Part shown: in pieces, positions 46,519 through 56,815 of the stretch
How the letters are laid out: every line of letters starts with the position of its first letter
Numbering within the stretch: the first letter of the stretch is position 1
Assembly: GCA_028714635.1 (NCBI GenBank)
Contig: JAQTLZ010000001.1
Coordinates: 79,650 to 143,649 of the forward strand
Reading direction: 5' to 3'
Source: Minisyncoccota bacterium
GTDB taxonomy: Bacteria; Patescibacteriota; Minisyncoccia; Phycocordibacterales; JAQTLZ01
Length of the DNA: 64,000 nucleotides
The notes under the pieces: model-generated
The model's input: only the letters and a program-made list of their open reading frames with translations
Databases searched by the model: none
Told to the model about the DNA's origin: nothing
Made by a program: the position numbers and the translations under genes

Positions 46519-49500
46519 ATGAAAAAGAATCATAAAATAAAATCAATACTTCTTCTTGGTTCCGGCGGACTCAAAATCGGCCAAGCGGGAGAATTTGATT
46601 ATTCCGGCTCACAGGCGATCAAAGCATTCAAAGAAGACGGCCTTCGAGTGGTCCTCATGAATCCAAATATCGCGACAGTTCAAACCGATGAAGGATTTGC
46701 CGATAAAGTGTATTTTCTCCCGCTCACTTTGGAATATGCTGAGAAAATAATTGCCGATGAGCGCCCCGATGCCATCGCCCTTTCTTTTGGCGGACAGACG
46801 GCGCTGAACCTCGGACTCGAACTTGAAGAAAGCGGAATTTTGGAAAAATATAAAGTGATCGTGTTGGGAACTCCAACTTCAGCTATTCGCGATACGGAAG
46901 ACCGCGCCCTTTTTACGGAACGCTTGAAAGAAATTGATGTTCACACGGCGAGAAGTTTTGCCACATCGAATACGAAAGAAGCCCTTGAAGCTGGCAAGAA
47001 AATCGGCTTTCCGCTCATGATGCGCTCTGGTTTTGCTTTGGGTGGCGAGGGTTCAGGGATGATAAAAAATCAAAAAGACCTTGAGATAAAAACGAAAGAA
47101 GTATTTCGCTCTGTCTCACAAGTTCTCATCGAAGAATATCTTGGCGGATGGAAAGAAGTTGAATATGAAGTGGTGCGGGATGTGTCTGACAACTGCATCA
47201 CTGTTTGTAATATGGAAAATGTCGATCCGATGGGAATTCACACAGGCGAATCAATCGTAGTTGCGCCATCGCAAACGCTTTCCAATCGCGAGTACCATAT
47301 GCTTCGCGAAGTGGCTATCAAAACGATCCGCCATCTTGGAATTGTTGGTGAATGCAATATTCAATACGCTCTCAATCCTGAAACGAGCGAGTATAGGGTC
47401 ATTGAAGTGAATGCTCGGCTTTCGCGCTCTTCCGCTCTCGCTTCGAAAGCAACTGGATACCCGCTCGCATTCGTCGCCGCAAAACTTATTTTGGGATACA
47501 CCTTGCCCGAGCTTAAAAACAATGTAACGAAAAGTACGACTGCATGCTTTGAACCAGCGCTCGATTATCTCGTCATGAAAATTCCGCGGTGGGATTTGGC
47601 GAAATTTGAAAATGCCGCGACGCGTATCGGCACGGAGATGAAAAGCGTCGGGGAAGTGATGGCGATCGGAAGAAGTTTTGAGGAAGTGCTTCAGAAGGGG
47701 ATTCGGTCGCTGAATATCGGTGCAGATGGTTTTACCGCCCAGCATAATGGGGGATTTATAATCGCTGATGTTGAGGGAGAGATACGCGAGCCGACCACAC
47801 GAAGAATTTTTGCGATTGCTCAAGCACTCCGTTCGGGCATGAGCGTTGCGAGAATCCATGAACTTTCAAAGATCGACAAGTGGTTTCTCGAAAAAATGAA
47901 AAATATCATTCTCACAGAGGAGAAGATACAAGAGGCCAGGAAACTCGATGACACTCTTTTGAAGGAAGCGAAACAGAACGGATTTTCTGATCTCCAGATC
48001 GCAACTCTTCACAAAACTACGGAAGAAAGAATCCGTACCATTCGAAAAGGCAGAAAAATTCTGCCGGTTGTAAAACAGATCGATACCCTTGCCGGAGAAT
48101 TTCCCGCGCGGACAAATTATTTGTATGTGACTTACCATGGTACGGAAGATGACGTAAAACCTGGGAAGCGGGAGATCGCTGTTATTGGAAGCGGGCCATA
48201 TTGTATCGGATCTTCGGTTGAATTTGATTGGTCATGCGTGCAGGTTTTGAAAACACTTCGCAAAGAAAAACGCCAGACTGTGATGATAAATTGCAATCCC
48301 GAAACGGTTTCCACTGATTATGATGAATCGGATCGGCTTTATTTCGAAGAACTTACGCTTGAGCGAGTGCTCGATATCGCGGATTTTGAAAAACTTGAAG
48401 GAATTGTAGTTTCTACTGGCGGGCAGATCGCCAATAACCTTGCGCTTCTGCTCAAAAATAACGGCTTGAAAATTCTCGGCACCTCTCCCGATGATATTGA
48501 TAGAGCGGAAGATAGGCACACATTCTCAAAACTTCTTGATCTTCATGAAGTTGATCAACCGCAGTGGATCGAGGCAACCAACAGAGAAAAGGCGCTTCGC
48601 TATGCGAGTGAATTTGGCTATCCCGTTTTGGTCCGGCCTTCATATGTGCTTTCCGGTTCGGCTATGAGTGTTGCTTATGATGAGCAGTCTCTTATTCAAT
48701 GTTTGGCAAAAGCGGCCGATATTTCAAGTGATCATCCTGTAGTCATTTCAAAATTTATCGAGAACGCACGCGAGATAGAAATCGATGGCGTTGCACAAAA
48801 CGGAAAACTTGTCATTTATGCCATTACCGAACACGTGGAAAATGCCGGCACTCACTCCGGTGATGCTACAATTGTGCTCCCTCCTCAACGCACCTTCCTT
48901 GAGACAGTGAGGCGCGCTAAAAAAATTACAAAAGCGGTGATTGCCGAGCTTGAAATTACCGGTCCATTTAATATTCAATTTTTGGCAAAAGATAATCGTA
49001 TTCAGGTTATTGAATGCAACGTCCGGGCTTCGAGAAGTTTTCCATTTGTTTCAAAAGCTACTGGATATAATTTTATCGAAATTGCCACTCGGGCAATGCT
49101 CGGGAAGGATGTGCGCGGGGAATATAAAACGCTGGACCTTGATCATGTGGTTGTAAAGTCACCCCAATTTTCATACGGACGCATCAAAGGCGCTGATCCG
49201 ATCGGTTATGTGGAGATGGGTTCGACGGGAGAGGTGGCCTGTTTCGGAGATTCATTTGGAGAAGCACTTATTTCTTCAATGCAGGCATCGGGAATGCGGC
49301 TGCCGAAGAAAAATGTGCTCATCTCGCTCGGCAAGGAAGAAAATAAAATAAAACTTTTGTCGGCGCTTCACTTGCTTGCACAGCTTGGACTTACTCTTTA
49401 TGCGACGGAACATACCGCTGATTTTTTGAATGAGCAGAATATAAAATGCGAAAAAGTTTTTAAAATTCACACCGGTTCAACTCCGAATGTGCTCTCGCTT

Positions 49501-49677
49501 ATTGAAGGCGGGAATCTTGACCTTATTATTAATATTCCGGCCCGAGCACTTTCCCGCGAACGCGAAGACGGCTTTATCATCAGACGCAAAGCGATTGATC
49601 ACAATATTCCTCTTATCACCAATCGCCAGCTTGCCGAGGCTTTTATCGTCGCGCTTGCGGAGAAACACAAGAAATAA
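46519..49677 (+). CDS. carB: Carbamoyl-phosphate synthase large subunit
   Basis: IGQAGEFDYSGSQA, GIHTGES, EVNARLSRSSALASKATG, NCNPETVSTDYD, RPSYVLSG, C-terminal MGS domain. Confidence 0.97.
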   Translation: MKKNHKIKSILLLGSGGLKIGQAGEFDYSGSQAIKAFKEDGLRVVLMNPNIATVQTDEGFADKVYFLPLTLEYAEKIIADERPDAIALSFGGQTALNLGLELEESGILEKYKVIVLGTPTSAIRDTEDRALFTERLKEIDVHTARSFATSNTKEALEAGKKIGFPLMMRSGFALGGEGSGMIKNQKDLEIKTKEVFRSVSQVLIEEYLGGWKEVEYEVVRDVSDNCITVCNMENVDPMGIHTGESIVVAPSQTLSNREYHMLREVAIKTIRHLGIVGECNIQYALNPETSEYRVIEVNARLSRSSALASKATGYPLAFVAAKLILGYTLPELKNNVTKSTTACFEPALDYLVMKIPRWDLAKFENAATRIGTEMKSVGEVMAIGRSFEEVLQKGIRSLNIGADGFTAQHNGGFIIADVEGEIREPTTRRIFAIAQALRSGMSVARIHELSKIDKWFLEKMKNIILTEEKIQEARKLDDTLLKEAKQNGFSDLQIATLHKTTEERIRTIRKGRKILPVVKQIDTLAGEFPARTNYLYVTYHGTEDDVKPGKREIAVIGSGPYCIGSSVEFDWSCVQVLKTLRKEKRQTVMINCNPETVSTDYDESDRLYFEELTLERVLDIADFEKLEGIVVSTGGQIANNLALLLKNNGLKILGTSPDDIDRAEDRHTFSKLLDLHEVDQPQWIEATNREKALRYASEFGYPVLVRPSYVLSGSAMSVAYDEQSLIQCLAKAADISSDHPVVISKFIENAREIEIDGVAQNGKLVIYAITEHVENAGTHSGDATIVLPPQRTFLETVRRAKKITKAVIAELEITGPFNIQFLAKDNRIQVIECNVRASRSFPFVSKATGYNFIEIATRAMLGKDVRGEYKTLDLDHVVVKSPQFSYGRIKGADPIGYVEMGSTGEVACFGDSFGEALISSMQASGMRLPKKNVLISLGKEENKIKLLSALHLLAQLGLTLYATEHTADFLNEQNIKCEKVFKIHTGSTPNVLSLIEGGNLDLIINIPARALSREREDGFIIRRKAIDHNIPLITNRQLAEAFIVALAEKHKK

Positions 49678-49779
49678 CGAGGGTTTTACTGTTCTTGATA
49701 ATTTTTCCGAATTACAGTATTATAATTTCATTACAAGAACGACCGCACACTCAAAAAGTGGAGGTTTAAGGCAAATATC

Positions 49780-50106
49780 ATGAACGAACAAGACACGCAG
49801 TTTCTCGAGTACACAGTGAAGGCTTTAGTAGACAATCCAGGGGACGTAAAGATTGTGCGAACGGTGGATGAGATGGGAGTTCTCATGACTCTCTCTGTCA
49901 ATCCAGCGGACATGGGAAAGATCATCGGACGAATGGGTAATACTGCAAAGGCTATTCGAACATTACTGCGAGTTGTCGGAATGAAGAATAATGCTCGAGT
50001 AAATTTGAAGATCAATGAGCCGGAAGGAGGAATGAAAAAAGAATACCCCTCTCAAACCCCGAATATGAAAAGTGTTGATGAAGCTATGGCGGATTTGAAG
50101 ATCTAA
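49780..50106 (+). CDS. khpA: KH-domain RNA-binding protein
   Basis: LVDNP..DMGKIIGRMGNTAKAIRTLL. Confidence 0.9.
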   Translation: MNEQDTQFLEYTVKALVDNPGDVKIVRTVDEMGVLMTLSVNPADMGKIIGRMGNTAKAIRTLLRVVGMKNNARVNLKINEPEGGMKKEYPSQTPNMKSVDEAMADLKI

Positions 50107-50120
50107 TACAAAAATTTCAA

Positions 50121-50150
50121 GAAAAAATCTCCGAAAGGAGATTTTTTCTT
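50121..50150 (+). terminator. Intrinsic terminator
   Basis: GAAAAAATCTCC-GAAA-GGAGATTTTTTC. Confidence 0.85.
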
Positions 50151-50177
50151 TTGTTCTTAAAATGCTAGCATTTAGGA

Positions 50178-50441
50178 ATGAACGAATTGGAACAAGTCAA
50201 AAAGGATATACAGGAGATAAAGGAAAGGAACACTCGAGTTGAAATGGACAAGGCTTGGGAAACAAGTCTTTTTCGTAAGATTCTCATTGCCGTTTTGACG
50301 TACATTGTCATTGTTCTTTTCTTCACTTTTGCTCATTTACCAAATCCGTTTGTGAATGCTATTGTCCCCACTCTTGGATTTCTTCTTTCTACGCTTTCAA
50401 TTTCTCTCTTTAAACGTCTTTGGATGAGGGGAAATAAATAA
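50178..50441 (+). CDS. Small membrane protein
   Basis: ERNTRVEMDKAWETS then two TM segments. Confidence 0.75.
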   Translation: MNELEQVKKDIQEIKERNTRVEMDKAWETSLFRKILIAVLTYIVIVLFFTFAHLPNPFVNAIVPTLGFLLSTLSISLFKRLWMRGNK

Positions 50442-50977
50442 TGGAAATTTCTATTTTGGGGGAGAAGGTAGAAATACAAGAAAGTTCGCGAGCTCGGCAT
50501 TTGCGGGTTATTGTCGAAGTTGATGGGAAGGTAAGAGCAGTTATGCCGGTGGGGTATTCGGAGCGGAAACTTGCGGCGTTTTTCGAAGAGGTACGCCCCC
50601 GGATCGAGAAGAAAGTTTTGTATTTTCAAAAGAGGAAACACAAAATTCATATCAAATCGAGTCGAGCCGATTTTTTGCGCCTTAAAAAATCGGCGCTCGC
50701 GCTCGCAATCTCCCGGCTCGAACATTTCAATCAGTTTTACAATTTTAAATATAAAAAAGTTTCAATTCGTAACCAAAAAACCCGCTGGGGAAGCGCGTCG
50801 CGGAAAGGAAATCTTCAATTTAATTACAAAATCGCCCTTCTCCCGCCGGAGCATCGCGACTACATTATCGTCCACGAGCTTTGCCACTTGGGCGAGTTCA
50901 ATCACTCCCGCGCATTTTGGGCATTGGTCGCAAAACAGATTCCTCGGTGGAAAGAGTTGCGGAAGAGTCTTCACTAG
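50441..50977 (+). CDS. YgjP/DUF45-like M48 metallopeptidase family protein
   Basis: IRNQKTRWGS, YIIVHELCH (HExxH), NHSRAFW. Confidence 0.9.
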   Translation: MEISILGEKVEIQESSRARHLRVIVEVDGKVRAVMPVGYSERKLAAFFEEVRPRIEKKVLYFQKRKHKIHIKSSRADFLRLKKSALALAISRLEHFNQFYNFKYKKVSIRNQKTRWGSASRKGNLQFNYKIALLPPEHRDYIIVHELCHLGEFNHSRAFWALVAKQIPRWKELRKSLH

Positions 50978-50987
50978 TAGGGTTGTT

Positions 50988-51731
50988 CTATTCCGGAGAG
51001 GGAAGTGAATCCCAAAGTGTTTCAAAAAGTATTTTTCTGGCTTCTGCGAATTTCTGATCTTCTACAATGAAAAGGGAACCCTCGTATCTCCGTGCAAGAA
51101 AAGCCACAAATTTAGTCGAAATAATTTCAGTAGAAGAAAATATCCCGTGTTTTTCCGGAAGGAGCCGAGAAACGCGGTTTTCAGAAATGTCCTTCTTGGT
51201 AATCTTTCTTGCATAGATTGTATCAGTAATAATCTGTCTGCTTTTGATCCCTAACTTCTTTTTTTTGTCGATAATGTCGTCTAAAATATATTTTTCTTTC
51301 ACAAAATCCAGAAAGCTTCGTCCATCGGTGATAATGAGATACTCCCGCTCCTTCGACTCAAATAGCATATTCCAAACTTTTTTGAATCCCGCTGGCCCGG
51401 AAAGAAAAGAAATACGGGGGAGGGGATTTCGCTTTTTTTGAACCGAATCGTGTCCTTGCATCGCCATTGCGTCTTGGATTTTTTCTTCCGCCAATTTCGC
51501 GAGCTCTTCTGGGGCGATTGCTTTCCAATACGTTCTTTTACCCCGAAGTATTTCAAAGATTGCCCCAGAATTCTCAAGTTCCGGAAGAAGGGAATAGAGG
51601 GTCGTTCGTTTTATTCCCGATGCTACGGCAATTTCCGCCATAGTCGCTTCATTAAGAGAAATAAGCGCGGCATAAGCTTTAGCTGATTTCTCTGTGAGCC
51701 CGCAGGCGAGAGCTATATTTTCTGGCTTCAT
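50988..51731 (-). CDS. TrmB-family transcriptional regulator
   Basis: GLTEKSAKAYAALI..IAVASGIKRTTLYSLL wHTH plus effector domain. Confidence 0.85.
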   Translation of the reverse strand: MKPENIALACGLTEKSAKAYAALISLNEATMAEIAVASGIKRTTLYSLLPELENSGAIFEILRGKRTYWKAIAPEELAKLAEEKIQDAMAMQGHDSVQKKRNPLPRISFLSGPAGFKKVWNMLFESKEREYLIITDGRSFLDFVKEKYILDDIIDKKKKLGIKSRQIITDTIYARKITKKDISENRVSRLLPEKHGIFSSTEIISTKFVAFLARRYEGSLFIVEDQKFAEARKILFETLWDSLPSPE

Positions 51732-51887
51732 ATCTAGAGTTTACAGGAAAAGGAAAATTTTGTCCAAATTTTCGACAAAACCCATTGTGAGCTTGTCTAG
51801 AAAAGGTACATTGAAAGAGGAAATGCGAAAAGGTTCTTTTACAAGCATTTACAAACAGGGCTATCATGCCCGGAAAGGAGGCCTATC

Positions 51888-52817
51888 ATGGCCGACAGGT
51901 ACGGATTGTTTCTCGGAGGCGTGTCCGGTTCAGGCAGCCCGAGAGTGTTTCAGAAGATGTGGTTTCAAGGGGAGACGCTGTTCAAAGCTCCTCTCGAACG
52001 CGGTCGTTTCGGCATTCATACCACGTCGCTTGGAATCGCGGCGGGCGACACGGGGATCTTTGTGGATTCGGGAAGCGGCATTACTGACGTTGCTGAGTTT
52101 CTGAAGCTTCTCGAAGTTCCTTCTGTCTACGGACTTCAAACTCACGAACACAAGGACCATATCGATACGCTCCACAGAAATCCATTCTTAGGGCAATCGG
52201 CAGGAATGCTCAAAGAGTATTTCTGGCCGAGACTTCTCGGACAGTCTGCTGATACGTTCCAGAGATCGTTTATGGATTGGCCGGTCGGACCGGTGGAGAC
52301 GAAAAGGCCGAAGATCTTTATGCCCGAATCTCTGCTCGATCTCGGCGCCGTGAAAGTGGCGACGTATTTGCAAAACCACGGCTTTGATGTGGTTCGCAAG
52401 TCTCCTGGTTTCTCTCTGGGTTTCAGAGTGGAGACGGCTCGGGGAACAATCGTTGTCGCTACAGATCATGAAATCGGACAGGACCCGACGTACCGAGAAA
52501 AATGCGCAGCATTTTTCTCGGGAGCAAAGATCCTCTATCACGATCTGCAGTACCGTGCTCGTGAGTATGATGGTACGGTCGGAATATGCGGTGGCACTCC
52601 GATGCCTCGAAAAGGCTGGGGGCATTCCACGCCTGAAATGCTTCACGAAGTCGTGAGGCTTTGTAAGGAGCCGATCGGCACTCTTATTCTCGGACACCAT
52701 GATCCGGAGCGGCACACTGGGGACCTCGAAAAGTTTGAAGGCGAAGTCCAGAAACTTTTCACTCCTCTGTGCGCCAAGGTCCAATTTGGCCGGGAAGGTA
52801 AGTACTATAGTTTGTAA
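51888..52817 (+). CDS. Metallo-beta-lactamase-fold hydrolase (phosphodiesterase-like)
   Basis: DSGSG, THEHKDH, TDHE, HDLQY, GWGHST, LGHHDP; AAAGGAGG SD. Confidence 0.85.
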   Translation: MADRYGLFLGGVSGSGSPRVFQKMWFQGETLFKAPLERGRFGIHTTSLGIAAGDTGIFVDSGSGITDVAEFLKLLEVPSVYGLQTHEHKDHIDTLHRNPFLGQSAGMLKEYFWPRLLGQSADTFQRSFMDWPVGPVETKRPKIFMPESLLDLGAVKVATYLQNHGFDVVRKSPGFSLGFRVETARGTIVVATDHEIGQDPTYREKCAAFFSGAKILYHDLQYRAREYDGTVGICGGTPMPRKGWGHSTPEMLHEVVRLCKEPIGTLILGHHDPERHTGDLEKFEGEVQKLFTPLCAKVQFGREGKYYSL

Positions 52818-52926
52818 ATGTGGTGTTCGCGGGGTTCGTTGTTATGACGGACCTCGTTTTTTTATCGGATATTTTTTGTTAAGTTAAAAAATTTGAGAAA
52901 ATACAGGAATGGTCTAGAGTGTATAT

Positions 52927-53739
52927 ATGGAAGAATACATTTCCCGTATCTATGAAGAAGCTCTCAAACGCGGCTATAGCGGTAGCAAAAAAGAATTTAT
53001 CGAAACAGAAATAAAACGAAGTGTGGTTTCGGAAATTCCGCAACTCGAGGACACGCTCGATACGCATTTTGTTACGCAAGCTGTCACTTTTGGAACCGAC
53101 GAGCCGAGCTACTGCGAGCTCATAGGTTCAGAAGAAGTGTTACGACTTCGCGCAGTAGGCGAGGCAAAATTTCTTCTCCTGGGCTCGCTCGGGTCTTATT
53201 CTGCCCGCGAATTTAAAAATTTTGCACAAAAAATCTCCCAGAAAATAGAACCGTTTGTTGTTGATATTGATCCTGTATCCGTAGAGAAAATCAAAAGGGA
53301 ATGGGGAAATACAGAAAATGTCATGGAGACAGACGCTCGCAACTTGCCCTTTGGCGAGGAAATTTTTGATTACGTTTTTACGAACAGGCTTTTTCATGAT
53401 CTCGTGAGGCGAAGCGGACACCAAAGAGATATCGAAATTGTGTTTCAGGAAGTATCACGAGTACTGAAACGAGGTGGAAGTTTTGTTATCGCAGAAGATT
53501 TGTACGGAAATTTTGCAAAAAAGCGCGATAGTACAAGAATGAAAAGAGAACTTATCTCTCTGGCAGGAAAGAATAGTCTCAAGGTGCTGAAAACTCTGGA
53601 TGATTTGATCGAGTTTCCATTCACCAAAGAGAGAAGTTCAGCAAAGTTTGATAATGACGGGAAACCGAATTACGGAGAAGCATTTCTTCTCAAAAATTTT
53701 CCAGGGTTTACTTTTGGTGCGAGGTTTGTGAAATCTTGA
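52927..53739 (+). CDS. SAM-dependent methyltransferase-like protein
   Basis: DARNLPFGEEIFDYV..FH..EVSRVLKRGG; motif I divergent. Confidence 0.75.
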   Translation: MEEYISRIYEEALKRGYSGSKKEFIETEIKRSVVSEIPQLEDTLDTHFVTQAVTFGTDEPSYCELIGSEEVLRLRAVGEAKFLLLGSLGSYSAREFKNFAQKISQKIEPFVVDIDPVSVEKIKREWGNTENVMETDARNLPFGEEIFDYVFTNRLFHDLVRRSGHQRDIEIVFQEVSRVLKRGGSFVIAEDLYGNFAKKRDSTRMKRELISLAGKNSLKVLKTLDDLIEFPFTKERSSAKFDNDGKPNYGEAFLLKNFPGFTFGARFVKS

Positions 53740-53769
53740 AAAAAGTCAAAAATGTGTTAGAGTAGCACA

Positions 53770-54429
53770 ATGAATTTCAGCGTTATTACTTTATTTCCCG
53801 ACTCTTTTTCCTCATATCTCAATGAGTCTATTATCGCTCGCGCAATTCGAGAGAAGAAAATCTCTGTGAAATTTTACAATCCTCGGGATTTTGTACCTAA
53901 GAGCAAGCGGGGAGGCAGGGATAATAATTATGCTCGGGTGGACGATAAGCCATACGGTGGGGGACCAGGAATGGTGATGGAAGCTGAACCAATTTTGAAA
54001 GCTGTTGCAAAAGCAAAAGGGAACAAGAAGAAAGTAAAAATAATTTTATTTACGCCAAGCGGAGAAAAATTTACAACGAAAAAAGCAAGCGAACTAGCTC
54101 ATAAAGTGGGGGATGTAATTCTTATCTGTGGGAGGTACGAAGGTATTGACGCACGAGTGCAGAAAATTCTCAAGGCTGAAAGTATTTCGATCGGCGATTA
54201 TGTGTTAACTGGAGGAGAGTTGCCGGCGATGGTTCTCATTGATTCTGTCTCCCGTCAGATCCCAGGGGTACTAGGAAATTTCAATTCTCTCGAAGAATCC
54301 CGTGTTTCAAGCTCTGAAGTCTACACAAGGCCAGAAGTGCTCACTCATAAGGGTAAAAAATATAAGGTACCGAAAGTGCTTCTTTCTGGACATCACGGCA
54401 AGATTGACGAGTGGAGGGCGCGAAAATAA
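53770..54429 (+). CDS. trmD: tRNA (guanine37-N1)-methyltransferase
   Basis: VDDKPYGGGPGMV, ICGRYEGIDAR, SIGDYVLTGGELPA, YTRP, VPKVLLSGHH. Confidence 0.97.
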   Translation: MNFSVITLFPDSFSSYLNESIIARAIREKKISVKFYNPRDFVPKSKRGGRDNNYARVDDKPYGGGPGMVMEAEPILKAVAKAKGNKKKVKIILFTPSGEKFTTKKASELAHKVGDVILICGRYEGIDARVQKILKAESISIGDYVLTGGELPAMVLIDSVSRQIPGVLGNFNSLEESRVSSSEVYTRPEVLTHKGKKYKVPKVLLSGHHGKIDEWRARK

Positions 54430-54510
54430 ACCTTCTGTTTTCCCTATAGTGTTGTTGAGCTTTTCCACATTTCTCTAAAAGACCTCCTTTTTTCATAGTA
54501 CAATAGAGGT

Positions 54511-56790
54511 GTGAAGTTTCTTTCTTCTACGGCGAAACGTATCTTTTTTCTTTCCATACTGATCCTTTTGGGAGCAACTTTTTTTGCGTTCGGTGCGTCT
54601 GCTTCTCACACGGATGGGACAATTGATTCTACAAACAAGTATGCGAAATTTTACGACACGAGTCTCGGAACTATAAATTTTGGCGTGATCGGTTCTACAA
54701 CGCCCTGTACGACAGATGTCGTGCATGTAACCGATACTCTCATTACAGGATGCGTGTGGGGAGACCGCGTGGGATGGATAAATCTGACACCACCTGGTTG
54801 CGGAGTAACAAACGATGGAGAAGGAAATTTGGGAAATGCTTGTCCGAGTGGTGGAGCCTGGGGGGAACAAACCGGATGGGTAAATTTTCATCCAACTTTC
54901 AGCGGGGTAGCGCCGGTGACCATTGACTCCAACGGAGATTTTAACGGATATGCGTGGAGCCAAAATTACGGCTGGATTGTTTTTAATAAAGCGACACACG
55001 ATTTGGGAGTGGGGAATTTTAAAGTTTCTACTGACTGGAGACCCGCGAGTGCCCGAGCATTTCAATGTAGTGATAGTACTGATAATGATGGAGACACGAT
55101 AATCGACTATCCGGATGATCCGGGTTGTTCGACTGGAATTGATGATGATGAAACTGATCCTGTTTCAACTCCAACTCCTTCGCCAACTCCAGGAGGTAGC
55201 AGCGGGGGCGGCAGTACACCGACTCCTACCCCCGTAGTTACTCCGACCCCCACCCCAACTCCGGTAGGTGAGACGCCGACCCCTACTCCATTTGGAGCAA
55301 CTCCGACACCGATAGGCGGAACTCCAACACCAACCCCAGGTCCCGATGAACCTACGCCAACTCCAATCGGAGCGACACCGACTCCTGGGCCAGGCGAAAC
55401 GCCGACACCAACAACATCAGGTGAGCCTGGAGTGACCCCAACTCCGGGTCCAGGGGCTCCGACGCCGACGTCAGAACCATTTTTCCCGCCTCTTGATCTC
55501 CCTCCGCTCCCTCCGCTTCCCCCTGCCGTACAGAATGCAATTGATGCTGGAGCAACTACTGTGAGAGAAGTAATCAAAACTCCTTCCGGCGGAGTGCTTA
55601 CTAAAGTATTGCCGACTGTCGGAGTTGTTACGGAAGCGGGTGCTGCAGCAGGGGCTGTTTTTGCGACACCTATTGTGTTTTCAGAGCTTATCTTTTTGCC
55701 TCTTCGATTATGGAGCCTCCTTCTCGGTTTCTTTGGTCTGAAAAAGAAAAAACGCCAGCCGTGGGGAGTCGTCTACGACTCAATAACCAAACAGCCTCTC
55801 GATCCCGCATACGTTGTTCTTGAGGACGGGAAGGGTGAGGAAATCACTTCGTCAATCACCGACCTCGATGGCCGTTATGGATTTTTGCTTGAGCCTGGAA
55901 CGTATAAACTGGTGGCAAATAAAACGAACTATACATTCCCTTCTAAGGCACTTGCAGGCAAGACAGAAGACGTTCTCTACAAAGACCTCTATTTCGGCGA
56001 GCCGATCGTTGTGGGCCAAGCGGGGGAGACGGTTACAAAAAATATTCCGCTCGACCCAATAAAATTCGACTTCAATGAATTTGCAAAAGGCAAGCAACAG
56101 CTTACGAAATTCTATTCAAAGCATGATGTTCTCATTCACAGAATTTCAAACATCTTTTTCTACGTCGGTCTTGTTATCGCTTTTGCCGCGCTTCTCGTTG
56201 CTCCAGAGCCTTACAATATTATTGTCTTCGTTGTGTACCTCTTTATGCTTGCTCTTAAATACTTTGTCTTCCGACCGACGCCGACTGGCAGTCTTATTGA
56301 TAAAGAAACCAAGTTTCCACTTTCATTTGCAATCGTTCGCGTGTTTTCTGTAAGCCTTGGTCGAGAGATGACGCATCGAGTTGCCGATATTCACGGCAGA
56401 TACTACTGTCTTGTTCCATTCGGGAACTACTACGTTACAGTTGAAAAGAAAAATGATGACGGAACATACACGAAAGTCTTCACTTCTCCAACCATTCAGG
56501 CAGGGAAGAGCGGAATGATCAAAGAGAGCTACACCATTTCAACTTCCGGAGTGCTGAAGGACCAAACTCCTCCTCCGCCCAACCCTCCAACAAATCCACC
56601 ATTACCTCCGCCGACCCCACCAACACCTACACCACCGACGACTCCGCCTGCACCACTAACTCCGGCTCCTGCCCCAGTTCCGCCAACGCCAGCTCCCGTA
56701 CCTCTCTATGCTGGAAATCCCGATCCAACAGTCCAAAACAAAATTCCACCAGCATCGAATCCGCCAATACCTCCAGCTCCTGCGGTCTAA
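54511..56790 (+). CDS. Surface/membrane protein with G.AW...GW repeats, PT linker, carboxypeptidase-regulatory-like domains and Pro-rich tail
   Basis: Signal peptide; [32 protein letters not shown]; [18 protein letters not shown]; TPTP tract; [19 protein letters not shown]; TM segments. Confidence 0.75.
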   Translation: MKFLSSTAKRIFFLSILILLGATFFAFGASASHTDGTIDSTNKYAKFYDTSLGTINFGVIGSTTPCTTDVVHVTDTLITGCVWGDRVGWINLTPPGCGVTNDGEGNLGNACPSGGAWGEQTGWVNFHPTFSGVAPVTIDSNGDFNGYAWSQNYGWIVFNKATHDLGVGNFKVSTDWRPASARAFQCSDSTDNDGDTIIDYPDDPGCSTGIDDDETDPVSTPTPSPTPGGSSGGGSTPTPTPVVTPTPTPTPVGETPTPTPFGATPTPIGGTPTPTPGPDEPTPTPIGATPTPGPGETPTPTTSGEPGVTPTPGPGAPTPTSEPFFPPLDLPPLPPLPPAVQNAIDAGATTVREVIKTPSGGVLTKVLPTVGVVTEAGAAAGAVFATPIVFSELIFLPLRLWSLLLGFFGLKKKKRQPWGVVYDSITKQPLDPAYVVLEDGKGEEITSSITDLDGRYGFLLEPGTYKLVANKTNYTFPSKALAGKTEDVLYKDLYFGEPIVVGQAGETVTKNIPLDPIKFDFNEFAKGKQQLTKFYSKHDVLIHRISNIFFYVGLVIAFAALLVAPEPYNIIVFVVYLFMLALKYFVFRPTPTGSLIDKETKFPLSFAIVRVFSVSLGREMTHRVADIHGRYYCLVPFGNYYVTVEKKNDDGTYTKVFTSPTIQAGKSGMIKESYTISTSGVLKDQTPPPPNPPTNPPLPPPTPPTPTPPTTPPAPLTPAPAPVPPTPAPVPLYAGNPDPTVQNKIPPASNPPIPPAPAV

Positions 56791-56815
56791 ACCTCAATTC
56801 TGTTATACTTTTACT

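Noticed and set aside
55160-55530. PT-rich tract as a non-coding repeat or an antisense Gly/Val protein
   Set aside because: It is the Pro/Thr linker of the 759-aa surface protein; the antisense ORF is its mirror.
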